A stretch of DNA of 64,000 nt from Gammaproteobacteria bacterium. Its GTDB lineage: Bacteria > Pseudomonadota > Gammaproteobacteria > UBA5335 > SLRW01. Shown here in pieces: positions 17,725-27,333 of this stretch. The notes beneath the pieces were generated by a model, which saw only the letters and a program-made list of their open reading frames with translations, did no database searches and was not told the origin of the DNA. The stretch spans positions 62,453-126,452 of the forward strand of contig DASQZJ010000064.1 in NCBI GenBank assembly GCA_035638775.1. Direction: 5' to 3'. Position 1 is the stretch's first letter. Each line of letters starts with the position of its first letter. The position numbers and the translations under genes were made by a program.

Positions 17725-18591
17725 CTAGGCCGCGAAGCGCCGGAGCACGGGCGGCAGCCACGGCCTCCGGTTGAGAACCACGCCCAGCAGCTTCCGCTCC
17801 CCCACCGCTGTCGCCGCCGCCGCGAGTTGGCGCGCCGTCACCCGCCCGTACGGCACCACAAGCATGACCCAGTCACACAGCTCCGCAAGCACCGAGGTAT
17901 CGGCGGAGGATTGCACCGGCGGCGCGTCCAGCACCAGCGAGCGCTCCGGATAGCGCCGCGCGATCCCCGACATCAGCTGCCGCATGCGCACGGAGCTGAA
18001 GAACTCGCCTTCCAGGTCACGGCGCGTCCCGGCAGGTATCAGTCTCACCCGGGGCAGCCCGGTGGGCTGGATAATCTCGTCTTCCACGATGTCCCTGCTC
18101 GAGAGGTAGTCGCTCAGCCCGGTTTCCGTGAGCGGCAGCTCCGGCATCGCGAAGGCGGTGGCCTTGGGCGCACGGATATTGCAGTCGAGCACCAGCGCCG
18201 TGCGCGCCTCGTCCAGGGCGATCGCGGCCGCCAGGTTGCAGGCCACGAAGCTGGAGCCGCCTCCGGGGATCACGGAGGTCACCATGACCACGGTGTTGGC
18301 ACCGCCGGTTCGCTGCATCAGGCGCATGCGCAGCTCGCGGAAAGCGTTGCCCACCGGCGTGTTGGCGGTCCCGGAGGACAACAGCCGCCGCGCGGCCAGC
18401 TCCTTCGCGGTAAACACGAAGGGCTCCTCCATGCGCGCGATCGCGTGTCGCGAAGCCTGGCGCTCGGCCAGGTCGAAATGCCTCTGTTCGGCGGACGCGA
18501 GCGCCCCCTCCCTGTCACCGGCCCCCAGCGCCGCCATGGGCCAGCCGGAATCGGTCCGGCCGCCCAGTTGTTCCTTGTCCGCAATGCTCAT
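17725..18591 (-). CDS. BY-kinase (CpsD/Wzc C-terminal domain)-like P-loop protein with degenerate Walker A
   Basis: ORF 17725..18591; VVMVTSVIPGGGSSFVACNLA (18250-18276, Lys replaced by Ser), Walker A-prime ALVLDCNIRAP, Walker B LVLDAPP; no C-terminal Tyr cluster. Confidence 0.75.
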   Translation of the reverse strand: MSIADKEQLGGRTDSGWPMAALGAGDREGALASAEQRHFDLAERQASRHAIARMEEPFVFTAKELAARRLLSSGTANTPVGNAFRELRMRLMQRTGGANTVVMVTSVIPGGGSSFVACNLAAAIALDEARTALVLDCNIRAPKATAFAMPELPLTETGLSDYLSSRDIVEDEIIQPTGLPRVRLIPAGTRRDLEGEFFSSVRMRQLMSGIARRYPERSLVLDAPPVQSSADTSVLAELCDWVMLVVPYGRVTARQLAAAATAVGERKLLGVVLNRRPWLPPVLRRFAA

Positions 18592-18592
18592 G

Positions 18593-20164
18593 TCAGAGGA
18601 TTCCCTTCATCTTCAGCAGGCCGATGGCGACGAAAGCGCCCATCGAGAGAAACAGCAGCACGGCAACCCAGCGGCTGTCACCTCGCTCCCGGCGCACCTC
18701 GCCCTCGATCAGGAGATCCGGGACCACCGCCACGACCGGCAGCCCGAGAGCGCGCTGCACCGCTTCTTCCGAGCGTATCCGCGGGTCCACCTCCTGCAGC
18801 GCCAGCAGCAGCCCGAACGGCACCGCCAACCCCAGCAGGATGCCCCCCGCGGCGAAATGGATGAACCGCAGACCGCTGGGTTTGAGCGGCAGGAAGGCCG
18901 GCTCGTACACGCGCAGCGACATGCCCTGCTGGTCTCGGTCCAGGTTCATCGAGATGCGCGCGTTCTCGCGCCGCTTGAGCAGGTCCTGGTAGATGTCACG
19001 GTTGACGTGGTAATCGCGCGTGAGCTCGGCCATGACTGCCTCGCTGGAGCTTACGCGCTTGCCGCGGTTGACCTCGTCCGAAAGCATCTTGCGCGTCTCG
19101 TCGCGGCGCGCGCGCAGCGTCGCGATGCTGGTGCGGGTATCCGAAAGCTCCCGCCGCAGCCGCTCGTACAGCGGGCTCATCTGGATATTCTTGTCGACGT
19201 AGGTCTTGCCGCTGGCCTCCGCGGCCTTCTGCGCCAGCTCGCGCCGTTTCTGTTCCTGTCGCACCGCTTCCTTCAGATCGGCGATCTGGTACCTGAGCTG
19301 CACGATGTCGGGATAGCTGTCCTTGTAGGACAGCCTCAGCGTGGCCAGCTTGCCCTGCAGCTGGGCAATCAGCTCCTGGTACTGGCCCTCGCGGGAAATG
19401 CTGGCGGTGACCGCCGCCTCGCCGGAGAGCTGGTTCTTGAGCGAGCCTTCCTTGATGTGAGCCTCCTTGAGCTCCAGCTCGGTCTTCTGGATCTTGTCCT
19501 GCAGGGTGGTGATGCGGTCGCCGATGGTGCCCTCCGTCCCCGGTCTGGCATCGAGATGCGTGTCGCGGAAGTCGCGCATCCGGTTCTCCGCGCCGACCAG
19601 CTTCTTGTGGTACTCGTCCACCTGGTTGTCGATGAACTCGTACGCGGTATCGCTCTCCTGCGACTTGAGCTTGAGACTGGCCTCGATGAACAGCTGCGCG
19701 AACTCCGACACGGTCTGCCTGGCGCGACCGGGGCGATCGTCCTGGTACTGGATCTTGACCAGATTGTCCCCGATCTGGAACACGCGGGTGTGACGCTTGA
19801 TCCTTTCGGCGATGCGCTGTTGCTGCACGGGCGTGGGATGGGACGCCAGCAGGCCGGTGGCCTGCATGATCCGGTGCAGCGCGGAACGGCTGTAGAGCAG
19901 CTCGCGTGCGACCCGTGACTGGTCGACGGCGCCCGTGGGGACCGCCTGCCCCTGGAGCAGCGGCTTGATGATGTTGTGATTGTCCACGAGGATCGTGACC
20001 GAGGACGTGTAAACCTTCGGCCAGAACACCCCGACCACGCTCATGGAAAGGCTGATCACCACGAACAGCACGGCGAGCAGGCGCCGGTGCTGGTACGCCT
20101 CGGTCAACAGCGATCGCAGACGCTGTTCGAGAGAATTGGCGACAGTCGAGCCGGACATGGTCAT
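18593..20164 (-). CDS. Wzz/PCP-type chain-length determinant with long coiled-coil periplasmic domain
   Basis: ORF 18593..20164; N-terminal TM LAVLFVVISLSMSVVGVFW, coiled-coil-rich middle, C-terminal TM pair. Confidence 0.85.
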   Translation of the reverse strand: MTMSGSTVANSLEQRLRSLLTEAYQHRRLLAVLFVVISLSMSVVGVFWPKVYTSSVTILVDNHNIIKPLLQGQAVPTGAVDQSRVARELLYSRSALHRIMQATGLLASHPTPVQQQRIAERIKRHTRVFQIGDNLVKIQYQDDRPGRARQTVSEFAQLFIEASLKLKSQESDTAYEFIDNQVDEYHKKLVGAENRMRDFRDTHLDARPGTEGTIGDRITTLQDKIQKTELELKEAHIKEGSLKNQLSGEAAVTASISREGQYQELIAQLQGKLATLRLSYKDSYPDIVQLRYQIADLKEAVRQEQKRRELAQKAAEASGKTYVDKNIQMSPLYERLRRELSDTRTSIATLRARRDETRKMLSDEVNRGKRVSSSEAVMAELTRDYHVNRDIYQDLLKRRENARISMNLDRDQQGMSLRVYEPAFLPLKPSGLRFIHFAAGGILLGLAVPFGLLLALQEVDPRIRSEEAVQRALGLPVVAVVPDLLIEGEVRRERGDSRWVAVLLFLSMGAFVAIGLLKMKGIL

Positions 20165-20170
20165 CCCCCC

Positions 20171-20830
20171 TCAGAACAGGCGCTCGGGCACGGTGATCAC
20201 GTCGCCCGGACGCAGGGCGTAGTTGGTGCCGAGATTGCCCTTGTTGAGGATATCCCCCAGCTCCACGTGCAGGACTTCCGACCGGTCATGGATGCGCCGG
20301 TGCAGCACCGTACCGTTGGCCGAGGCGAACTCGTTCACGCCGCCCGCCTCCAGCACCGCGTCGAGCACCGTCATCCCCTGACGGAACGGGAGCGTCACCG
20401 GTCGCCTGACCGCTCCGGTCACCCGCACGCGGGTGAGAAACTCGTGGCTCTTGAGGTCGGTTACGATCACCGCCACCTGCGGCTTGCGCACGTAGGCCGA
20501 CAGGGCATGCTCGACGTTGCTGGCCACCTGCATCGGCGCCAGCCCGCCGGCACGCACGTCGCCCACCAGCGGGACGGAGATCATCCCGTCCGGCCGCACC
20601 GGGACCGTCACGGAAAGGTCCGGGTTGCCCCAGACGCTCACCCGCACCACGTCGTCGACGCCCAGGTGATAGGTATGGCCGATCAGCGAGGCAGCCGCGC
20701 CATCGCTTCCCTGGGTGACGTGCACCCCGTCGCCGGGGCCGCCACCGTGCACCAGCGCGGGATCGGCCGGATGGCAGGCGACGAGCAGCGTCGCCAGAAA
20801 CAGCAAAGCGAACAGCCTCAATGCAGACAC
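20171..20830 (-). CDS. Polysaccharide export lipoprotein (Wza/Poly_export + SLBB type)
   Basis: ORF 20171..20830 (GTG start); lipobox LLVAC; YHLGVDDVVRVSVWGNPDLSVTVPVRPDGMISVPLVGDVRAGG typical Poly_export motif. Confidence 0.85.
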   Translation of the reverse strand: MSALRLFALLFLATLLVACHPADPALVHGGGPGDGVHVTQGSDGAAASLIGHTYHLGVDDVVRVSVWGNPDLSVTVPVRPDGMISVPLVGDVRAGGLAPMQVASNVEHALSAYVRKPQVAVIVTDLKSHEFLTRVRVTGAVRRPVTLPFRQGMTVLDAVLEAGGVNEFASANGTVLHRRIHDRSEVLHVELGDILNKGNLGTNYALRPGDVITVPERLF

Positions 20831-21024
20831 GACCGGATCTCCCCGTCCCGAGGCCGGTCATGCACCGGATACGGGACATGCTTGCGACGGACGGACCGCC
20901 GGCGACGCGGTGCCATGTTGCACACTCGCGGCCAGTGGACTAGAACCTGAACGGACGCCGGCCGCCGGGTCGCGGTCGCGGGGGGCGGCGCCACGCAACA
21001 ACACGAAACGGGAGCGCCGAGAGG

Positions 21025-21879
21025 ATGGACGCCGATCCGGGCATCGCACGCTGCTACCGCCTGCTCGGAGTGGATCCGCCCTGCAGCTGGGCCGAGGTCC
21101 GGCGTGCCTACCGGCGCGAGATCCGTCGCTGCCACCCCGACCGCGCGGGGCGCGATGCGCCGGCGCGCGTTCGCGCCGACCGGCAAAGCGCCGAAATCAA
21201 CCGGGCCTACGACGTGCTCCGCCGCTACTACCGGAACCACGGGGTGCTGCCGGAGGTGGCGCCGGACCGCGTCCGCTCCGCAACGCCCGCGCCCGTGCGC
21301 CGACGGAGCCGTCGCCGCTACGTCCTGGCCGCGGCCGCCGGGGCGGCGACCCTGGTCTGGCTCATCCACCACCAGCCGCCGCCCTCCTCGCCCCGGGCGG
21401 TGGTGGACGCGGCGACGCCCGGCCCCGATCAGCGGGGGCAGCCGGCGCCGCGCCCCGAGATTGCCGATGCGCCCCACTTCGGAGCCGGCTCCAGCGTCGG
21501 CGACGTCTTTGACATCGAGGGGGTGCCCGGCCGCGTGATCGGCGATACCTGGTACTACGGACCGTCCTGGGTGCGCTTCTCGCATGGCGAGGTGATCGCC
21601 TGGCACAGCGAGCCGCAGCATCCCCTGCAGTCGGACCCGGCGTACCCGCTGGATTACGGGGATGCGCCGACACGCCGCGGCCGGCTCGTGCATGCGAGGC
21701 ACTGGGGCTTCACCGTGGGATCGTCGGCCGCCGAGGTCTATGCCGTGCAGGGCCCGCCCGACGTGAAGCGAGACGGCCAGTGGCGATACGGTGCCTCGCG
21801 GGTGTACTTCCACGACGGCCGGGTGACCGGCTGGTACAGTGATCCGGCACGACCGCTTCGAACCACCCTGCCGAACTGA
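21025..21879 (+). CDS. Membrane-anchored J-domain protein with duplicated C-terminal (periplasmic) repeat
   Basis: ORF 21025..21879; J domain CYRLLGV...RRCHPDR...INRAYDVL; one TM YVLAAAAGAATLVWLI; two ~50-aa repeats (aa 151-201, 228-278) sharing GSS..V....G.P.......W.YG.S.V.F..G.V..W.S.P..PL. Confidence 0.8.
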   Translation: MDADPGIARCYRLLGVDPPCSWAEVRRAYRREIRRCHPDRAGRDAPARVRADRQSAEINRAYDVLRRYYRNHGVLPEVAPDRVRSATPAPVRRRSRRRYVLAAAAGAATLVWLIHHQPPPSSPRAVVDAATPGPDQRGQPAPRPEIADAPHFGAGSSVGDVFDIEGVPGRVIGDTWYYGPSWVRFSHGEVIAWHSEPQHPLQSDPAYPLDYGDAPTRRGRLVHARHWGFTVGSSAAEVYAVQGPPDVKRDGQWRYGASRVYFHDGRVTGWYSDPARPLRTTLPN

Positions 21880-21896
21880 CGGTATCGCCCCGCGCA

Positions 21897-23303
21897 TCAC
21901 CGCGACCCCTTGCCGAACAGCACCACCTCGACGGTCTGCAGCAGGATCGCCAGGTCCAGCAGCAGCGTGTAGTTCTTCACGTAGTAGAGGTCGTACTGAA
22001 GCTTCTCCCGGGCGTCCGCTTCGGAGGCGCCGTAGGGGTAGTGCAGCTGGGCCCAGCCGGTGATCCCGGGCTTGACCCGGTGCCGCTCGACGTAATACGG
22101 GAGAACGGCAGCGAGGCGGTCGACGAACACCTGCCGCTCGGGACGGGGCCCGACGAAGCTCATGTCGCCGCGCAGGACGTTGAATACCTGCGGCAGCTCG
22201 TCCAGGCGGTACTTGCGGATGAAACGCCCCACGCGGGTGATCCGCATGTCGTTCTGCTGTGCCCAGCGCGCCTGCCCGTCGCTCTCCGCGTCCACCACCA
22301 TGCTGCGGAACTTGAGCATGTGGAAGATGCGGCCCTGCTGCCCCACCCGCTCCTGCCGGAACAGTACCGGGGCTGCCCGTCCGCTCTCCACGCGGATGGC
22401 CAGCGCGACCGCCAGCATCACCGGCCAGGTCAGGGCGAGCAGCAGCAGACTGACCAGGATATCGAAGGTCCGCTTGAGATAGGCTTGCGCGACGCCCGCC
22501 TGGTAGCCGTCCGAAAAAATCATCCAGCTGGGATAGAGCAGGTCGAGCTTGACCTTGCCCGTCTCGCGCTCGAAGAAGCTGGCGACGTCGGTCACGCGGA
22601 CGCCCCCCATCTTGCACTGCAGGAGCTGGTCGGTGGGAAAGGCGCTGCGGCGCTCGTCCATCGCCACCACCACCTCGTCGATCTGGTTGGTGCGGCAATA
22701 GTCCCACAGGCCCTCGCCCACCTGGATCCGGCGCGCGGCCTCGATGCCCTCGCCATCCCCCTCGGTGGGCACGAAACCGACGATGCGGAAATCCCGCTGG
22801 TCCGACCGCCGCCGCAGCCACTGCATCATGCTCGCCGCCTTGACGCCCGCGCCGAGCACCAGGAGCCGGTTCCGGAAAGGATTCTCGTCCACCGTGTGCA
22901 TGAACACCGGACGGACCGTGCCCACGACGAAGAACGCCATGATCCCGGCCAGCGCAAGGGCGCCGCGTCCCAGGTAGAGGGTCGGTATCAGGTAGAACAG
23001 CAGGGTCATCGCGATGCCGCCGAGGGCGAACGCCGCCCCGAGTCGCAGCAGCACCGCGGGGCTGCTCTCGCGCATTCGGGGCTGGTACAGGCCGAGGGCC
23101 AGCATGCTGAGCAGCATGATGGCGGCGTAGGCGAGCGCCCGTGGCAGCAGCGGCCCGATGCTTTCCCGCACCGCGTGAGCGACGCCGAAGAAGCGCAGGT
23201 ACGCCCCCGCATACACGGACAGCATGAATATGCCGGCCTCGACCCCGGCCAGCATCAGGAAGGGGGTATGAACGTATTGTCTGAAGACCCGGACCGTCGC
23301 CAT
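21897..23303 (-). CDS. Priming polyprenyl-phosphate sugar-phosphate transferase (bacterial sugar transferase, EpsB/WbaP-like)
   Basis: ORF 21897..23303; N-terminal TM bundle, C-terminal KRTFDILVSLLLL...FRQERVG..GRIFHMLKFRSM...PGITGWAQL. Confidence 0.9.
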   Translation of the reverse strand: MATVRVFRQYVHTPFLMLAGVEAGIFMLSVYAGAYLRFFGVAHAVRESIGPLLPRALAYAAIMLLSMLALGLYQPRMRESSPAVLLRLGAAFALGGIAMTLLFYLIPTLYLGRGALALAGIMAFFVVGTVRPVFMHTVDENPFRNRLLVLGAGVKAASMMQWLRRRSDQRDFRIVGFVPTEGDGEGIEAARRIQVGEGLWDYCRTNQIDEVVVAMDERRSAFPTDQLLQCKMGGVRVTDVASFFERETGKVKLDLLYPSWMIFSDGYQAGVAQAYLKRTFDILVSLLLLALTWPVMLAVALAIRVESGRAAPVLFRQERVGQQGRIFHMLKFRSMVVDAESDGQARWAQQNDMRITRVGRFIRKYRLDELPQVFNVLRGDMSFVGPRPERQVFVDRLAAVLPYYVERHRVKPGITGWAQLHYPYGASEADAREKLQYDLYYVKNYTLLLDLAILLQTVEVVLFGKGSR

Positions 23304-23478
23304 CCCTAGCTCCCGTCAGGCAGTCCATGACCTCGACCGGCGATGTCGCAGGCCCGTCGCCGGTCCAGCCACCGCCCGGGTTTCCTCCTGAAGCCCGGCC
23401 CGGTGTCCAAGATCGTTCCGTGAGGCATGCGCCGTCGGCGGGCATTCCCGCCGCGGCCCGTCTCCATCCTGCGAGAAA

Positions 23479-23507
23479 GGTATAGATGGGGTTGCGGGTT
23501 TTCTCAA
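23479..23507 (-). promoter_or_regulatory. Candidate sigma70 promoter for the priming sugar transferase gene
   Basis: Minus strand TTGAGA (23507..23502) - 17 nt - TATACC (23484..23479) in the AT-richest patch of the 336-bp divergent intergenic region, ~175 nt upstream of ATG 23303; the spacer contains GGGGTTG/CAACCCC inverted repeat (23488-23494 / 23505-23511). Confidence 0.3.
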
Positions 23508-23640
23508 CCCCCCTTAACGGGTGGAGCGCCGGCTCGCGAACGCTGGACTATACTTCGGACGCCCGGCAGGGGAAGCCGGGCGCGGGGCCGGCGTGCATCG
23601 CGGGCACACGGCTCGGGACAACCGGAACAGGGATGTTGTC

Positions 23641-24918
23641 ATGCTGACTCTGGAAGAGTGCCGCGTGGGCCTGATCGGCCTCGGCTACGTCGGACTGCCG
23701 CTGGCAGTGGAGTTCGGGAAGCACTTTCCGACGCTGGGATTCGACCTCAAGCCCGAGCGCGTGCAAGAGCTGCGCGAAGGCTGGGACCGCACGCTGGAGG
23801 TGGACGCCGCCGAGCTGGCATGCGCCACCCGGCTGCGCTACAGCGACGATCCTTCGGAGCTGGTCGACTGCAACGTCTACGTGGTAACGGTTCCCACTCC
23901 CATCGACCGCCACAAGCAGCCCGACCTGCGGCCCCTGGAAGCCGCCAGCCGCACGGTCGGGCGGGTGCTGGGCCGCGGTGACGTCGTGGTGTTCGAATCG
24001 ACCGTGTACCCGGGAGCCACCGAGGAGGTCTGCGTCCCGATCATGGAGTCGGAATCCGGTCTCGCCTGCAATCGCGATTTCTACGCCGGCTACAGCCCCG
24101 AACGCATCAATCCCGGAGACCGGGACCATCGGCTCCCCGGGATCGTCAAGGTCGTGTCGGGATCGACCCCGGAAGCCGCGGAGCTGGTCGCCGGACTGTA
24201 CGGCCGCATCATTCCGGCCGGCGTGCACCGCGCCAGCAGCATCCGCGTCGCGGAGGCGGCCAAGGTGATCGAGAATACCCAGCGCGATGTCAATATCGCG
24301 CTGGTCAACGAGCTGGCCATGATCTTTCACCGGCTCGGCATCGACACGCGCGAAGTGCTGGACGCGGCCGGCACCAAGTGGAACTTCCTGCCCTTCGTGC
24401 CCGGGCTGGTGGGCGGGCATTGCATCGGCGTCGATCCCTACTACCTGACCGCCAAGGCCCAGGAGATCGGCTACTTCCCCGAGATGATCCTGGCCGGCCG
24501 GCGCCTCAACGACCGGATGGGCGGCTATGTCGCGGAGCGCGTGGTCAAGTTGCTCACCCAGCGCCGGATCCATGTCGCCGGAGCCGCTGTGCTGGTCATG
24601 GGATTCACTTTCAAGGAGAACTGCCCCGATCTGCGCAATACCCGCGTGATTGATATGATCCGGGAGTTCCAGCACTATCAGGCCATCGTGGAGATATTCG
24701 ACCCCTGGGTGGATACGGCCGAGGCCGAGCGCGAGTACGGCGTGCGGCCGGTGCTGGACCCCCCCGAAGGCGGTTACGATGCCGTCATCCTGGCCGTGGC
24801 GCACCGGCAGTTCATCGAGATGGGACCCGGAAGGATCCGGGCCCTGTGCAAGCCTGACGGGATCGTATTCGACATCAAGAACGTGTTACCAGCGGAGGCC
24901 GTTGACGGGCGCCTGTAA
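23641..24918 (+). CDS. Nucleotide-sugar 6-dehydrogenase, TviB/WbpO-like (UDP-N-acetylhexosamine dehydrogenase)
   Basis: ORF 23521..24918, start moved to ATG 23641 ([26 protein letters not shown]); catalytic-Cys context [15 protein letters not shown]. Confidence 0.85.
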   Translation: MLTLEECRVGLIGLGYVGLPLAVEFGKHFPTLGFDLKPERVQELREGWDRTLEVDAAELACATRLRYSDDPSELVDCNVYVVTVPTPIDRHKQPDLRPLEAASRTVGRVLGRGDVVVFESTVYPGATEEVCVPIMESESGLACNRDFYAGYSPERINPGDRDHRLPGIVKVVSGSTPEAAELVAGLYGRIIPAGVHRASSIRVAEAAKVIENTQRDVNIALVNELAMIFHRLGIDTREVLDAAGTKWNFLPFVPGLVGGHCIGVDPYYLTAKAQEIGYFPEMILAGRRLNDRMGGYVAERVVKLLTQRRIHVAGAAVLVMGFTFKENCPDLRNTRVIDMIREFQHYQAIVEIFDPWVDTAEAEREYGVRPVLDPPEGGYDAVILAVAHRQFIEMGPGRIRALCKPDGIVFDIKNVLPAEAVDGRL

Positions 24919-25009
24919 TCGGATCGGGGCGCCCGGCGCCGGGTGCGGACGGGTTCGGGGACTGCCTTGACCGGCATCCCCGTCGCAGCAACATGTCAGT
25001 GGAGAAGTC

Positions 25010-26023
25010 ATGAAAGTGCTCGTCACCGGCACCGCCGGGTTCATCGGCTCCGCAACCGCGCTGCGTTTGCTGGAGCGGGGCGACGAGGTCGTCGGCGTCG
25101 ACAACCTCAACCCCTACTACGACGTGGAGCTCAAGAAGGCCCGACTGCGGCGCAAGCTGGAATATCCCGGGTTCACGGAGATCACCGCCGACATCGCCGA
25201 TCGCGGGGCGATGGAGCAGGCCTTCCGGGAGCATCAGCCGCAGCGAGTGATCAATCTTGCGGCCCAGGCGGGAGTGCGCTACTCGCTCGAGAACCCCCAT
25301 GTCTACGTCGACTCCAACGTGGTCGGGTTCCTCAACATCCTCGAGTGCTGCCGCCATCACGATGTCGAATCGCTCGTGTACGCCTCGACCAGCTCGGTCT
25401 ATGGTGGCAACACCCGGATGCCCTTCTCGCCCCACGACGACGTCGGTCACCCGTTGACGCTCTACGCCGCTACCAAGCGTGCCAACGAGCTGATGGCGCA
25501 TACCTACAGCCACCTGTTCGGTCTGCCTGCCACGGGGCTTCGCTTCTTCACCGTATACGGCCCGTGGGGACGCCCCGACATGGCGCTGTTCCGCTTCACG
25601 CGGGCGATACTCGCCGGCGAGCCGATCGATGTCTACAACTACGGCCGGCACCGGCGAGACTTCACCTACATCGACGACATCGTGGACGGCGTGGTACGCG
25701 TACTGGACCGGATTCCCTCCGGATCCCCCGACTGGTCGGGAGACGCCCCGGATCCGGCCACCAGCAGCGCCCCGTTCCGGGTCTACAACATCGGCAACAG
25801 CAAGCCGGTCGAGCTCGAGCGCTACATCGAGGTGATCGAACAATGCCTGGACCGGAAGGCGGACAGGAACCTGCTGCCCATGCAGCCGGGTGACGTGCCC
25901 GACACGTATGCCGATGTCACGGACCTCACGCACGACACCGGGTACCGGCCCCGCACCTCCGTCGAGGTCGGCGTGCGGAATTTCGTCGACTGGTACCTGA
26001 GCTACTACGGCCGGCGCTCCTGA
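25010..26023 (+). CDS. NAD-dependent SDR epimerase, UDP-(N-acetyl)hexuronate 4-epimerase-like (TviC/Cap1J type)
   Basis: ORF 25010..26023; [23 protein letters not shown] (YxxxK). Confidence 0.85.
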   Translation: MKVLVTGTAGFIGSATALRLLERGDEVVGVDNLNPYYDVELKKARLRRKLEYPGFTEITADIADRGAMEQAFREHQPQRVINLAAQAGVRYSLENPHVYVDSNVVGFLNILECCRHHDVESLVYASTSSVYGGNTRMPFSPHDDVGHPLTLYAATKRANELMAHTYSHLFGLPATGLRFFTVYGPWGRPDMALFRFTRAILAGEPIDVYNYGRHRRDFTYIDDIVDGVVRVLDRIPSGSPDWSGDAPDPATSSAPFRVYNIGNSKPVELERYIEVIEQCLDRKADRNLLPMQPGDVPDTYADVTDLTHDTGYRPRTSVEVGVRNFVDWYLSYYGRRS

Positions 26024-26049
26024 GGCTCTCCGCGGCACGGCCCCGACGC

Positions 26050-27312
26050 ATGCCACGCGCGCGGCGAGTGCGACTCCCCCTGGCGATCGTGCTCGCCTGC
26101 GGTGGCGCCTCGGAAGGCGCGCTGGGCGTGGTGCGCGCGCTCGGAGCACGCGGCGTGCCGATCCTGCTGGTGACCGAAGCCGCGGACTCTCCCGTGGCTG
26201 CATCCCGGCACGTCGACCAGGTCGTTCACCTGCCCCGGTTCACCCGGGACGCCGCCTCCCTGGTGAATGCGGTGACCGCCGTCGCATCCCGCCAGGCACA
26301 GCCGCCGGTCCTGTTTCCGACCGCGGACCCGGACCTGGCACTGATCGCGACACACTACCGCGAGCTGTCCGCAGTGCTGCGACCGCTGGTCGATGATCCC
26401 GCGCTGACCGGCGCCCTGATGGACAAGGGGCGGTTCCTCGGGCTGGCCCACGTGCACGGGCTTCCGGTACCCCGCACCCATGCCCTGGAGACGGTGATCC
26501 GGAAGCCGGGAAGCCTTGCCTGCCCGATCATGCTCAAGCCGCGGACTCCGGACGCCTGGCATCTCCCCGGCCTCGAGGCATGGCTGGGCGAGTGCAAGGC
26601 CCGCCGCGTCGATACGCCGGGGGAGCTGGCCCGGCTCGGACCTCGCCTTCTGGACGCCGGGGCGGCGACCCTCGCGCAGGAGTACGTCCCCGGCCCCGAC
26701 GAGGAACACCGTGATCTGCACGTGTTCCGGGAGAGCCCGGCACGGCCGCCGGTCTGGTTCAGCGGCCGCAAGCTCCGCGTCTATCCGGTGCATGCCGGCA
26801 GCGCTACCTGCGCAATCAGCGAGTCCATGCCCGACCTCGCCGCCCTGGGCCTGCGGGCGCTCGACGCGCTCGGCTACACCGGGCTCGCCAACTTGAATTT
26901 CAAGCGGCACGCGGATACCGGGCGATTCATGCTGCTGGAGATCAATCCCCGCGTCAGCCAGTGGAACATCCTCGCCACGCGCTGTGGCATTGACCTCCCG
27001 TGGTGCGCCTACGCCGCAGCCGCCGGGCTCGATGTCGGACCGGTTCCGCCCGGCCAGCGCACCGGGCCGCGCTATGTCGACCTCGGTGCCGATCTGCGCG
27101 CCTGGCGCCGCTACCGGCGCTTCGGCGAATGGCCCGTCCTGTCCTACATCGGCTCGCTGATGAGCGGCCCGCGGGTCTGGCAGACCTTCGACGCTTCGGA
27201 CCCGGCCCCGCTCCTGCAGGCGTTCCGGCGCGACCTCGCGACGCTGTTCCGGCGCCGCCCCCGCTTCCGGCACCCCGGCGGCGGTGGACCGGACAGCCTC
27301 CTGAACGGCTAG
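26050..27312 (+). CDS. ATP-grasp superfamily carboxylate-amine ligase-like protein
   Basis: ORF 26050..27312; IMLKPR, LAQEYVPG, GLANLNFKRHADTGRFMLLEINPRVS typical ATP-grasp core. Confidence 0.7.
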   Translation: MPRARRVRLPLAIVLACGGASEGALGVVRALGARGVPILLVTEAADSPVAASRHVDQVVHLPRFTRDAASLVNAVTAVASRQAQPPVLFPTADPDLALIATHYRELSAVLRPLVDDPALTGALMDKGRFLGLAHVHGLPVPRTHALETVIRKPGSLACPIMLKPRTPDAWHLPGLEAWLGECKARRVDTPGELARLGPRLLDAGAATLAQEYVPGPDEEHRDLHVFRESPARPPVWFSGRKLRVYPVHAGSATCAISESMPDLAALGLRALDALGYTGLANLNFKRHADTGRFMLLEINPRVSQWNILATRCGIDLPWCAYAAAAGLDVGPVPPGQRTGPRYVDLGADLRAWRRYRRFGEWPVLSYIGSLMSGPRVWQTFDASDPAPLLQAFRRDLATLFRRRPRFRHPGGGGPDSLLNG

Positions 27313-27333
27313 GCACTTCGCCGGCCGACGAAC

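Noticed and set aside
16360-18864. Plus-strand ORF of 834 aa opposite the barrel, kinase-like and Wzz-like genes
   Set aside because: It is an antisense shadow ORF, and the opposite-strand genes have clear signal peptides and motifs.
20896-20916. Sigma54-like TGGCAC on the minus strand (20915..20910) upstream of the export operon. A sigma54 promoter would be attractive because PEP-CTERM loci are linked to an NtrC-type regulator.
   Set aside because: The nearest downstream GC gives GG-N9-GC spacing instead of the strict GG-N10-GC, and the -12 region (CGCC) does not resemble TTGCA. The plus-strand near-match (CGGTGCCATGTTGCA) has the same one-base spacing defect.
21054-21061. ops/JUMPstart core GGCGGTAG on the minus strand, about 225 nt upstream of the export operon start
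   Set aside because: It lies inside the J-domain coding sequence (codons for RCYRL). The extended ops consensus (GGCGGTAGnnTG) is not met, since the sequence reads GGCGGTAGCAGC. Several chance occurrences of this 8-mer are expected in 64 kb of this composition.
20818-23445. Minus-strand ORF of 875 aa covering the J-domain gene (antisense) and the sugar transferase (out of frame)
   Set aside because: The in-frame 468-aa ORF 21897..23303 carries the sugar-transferase motifs, and the J-domain gene on the other strand is well supported. The long ORF is compositional junk.
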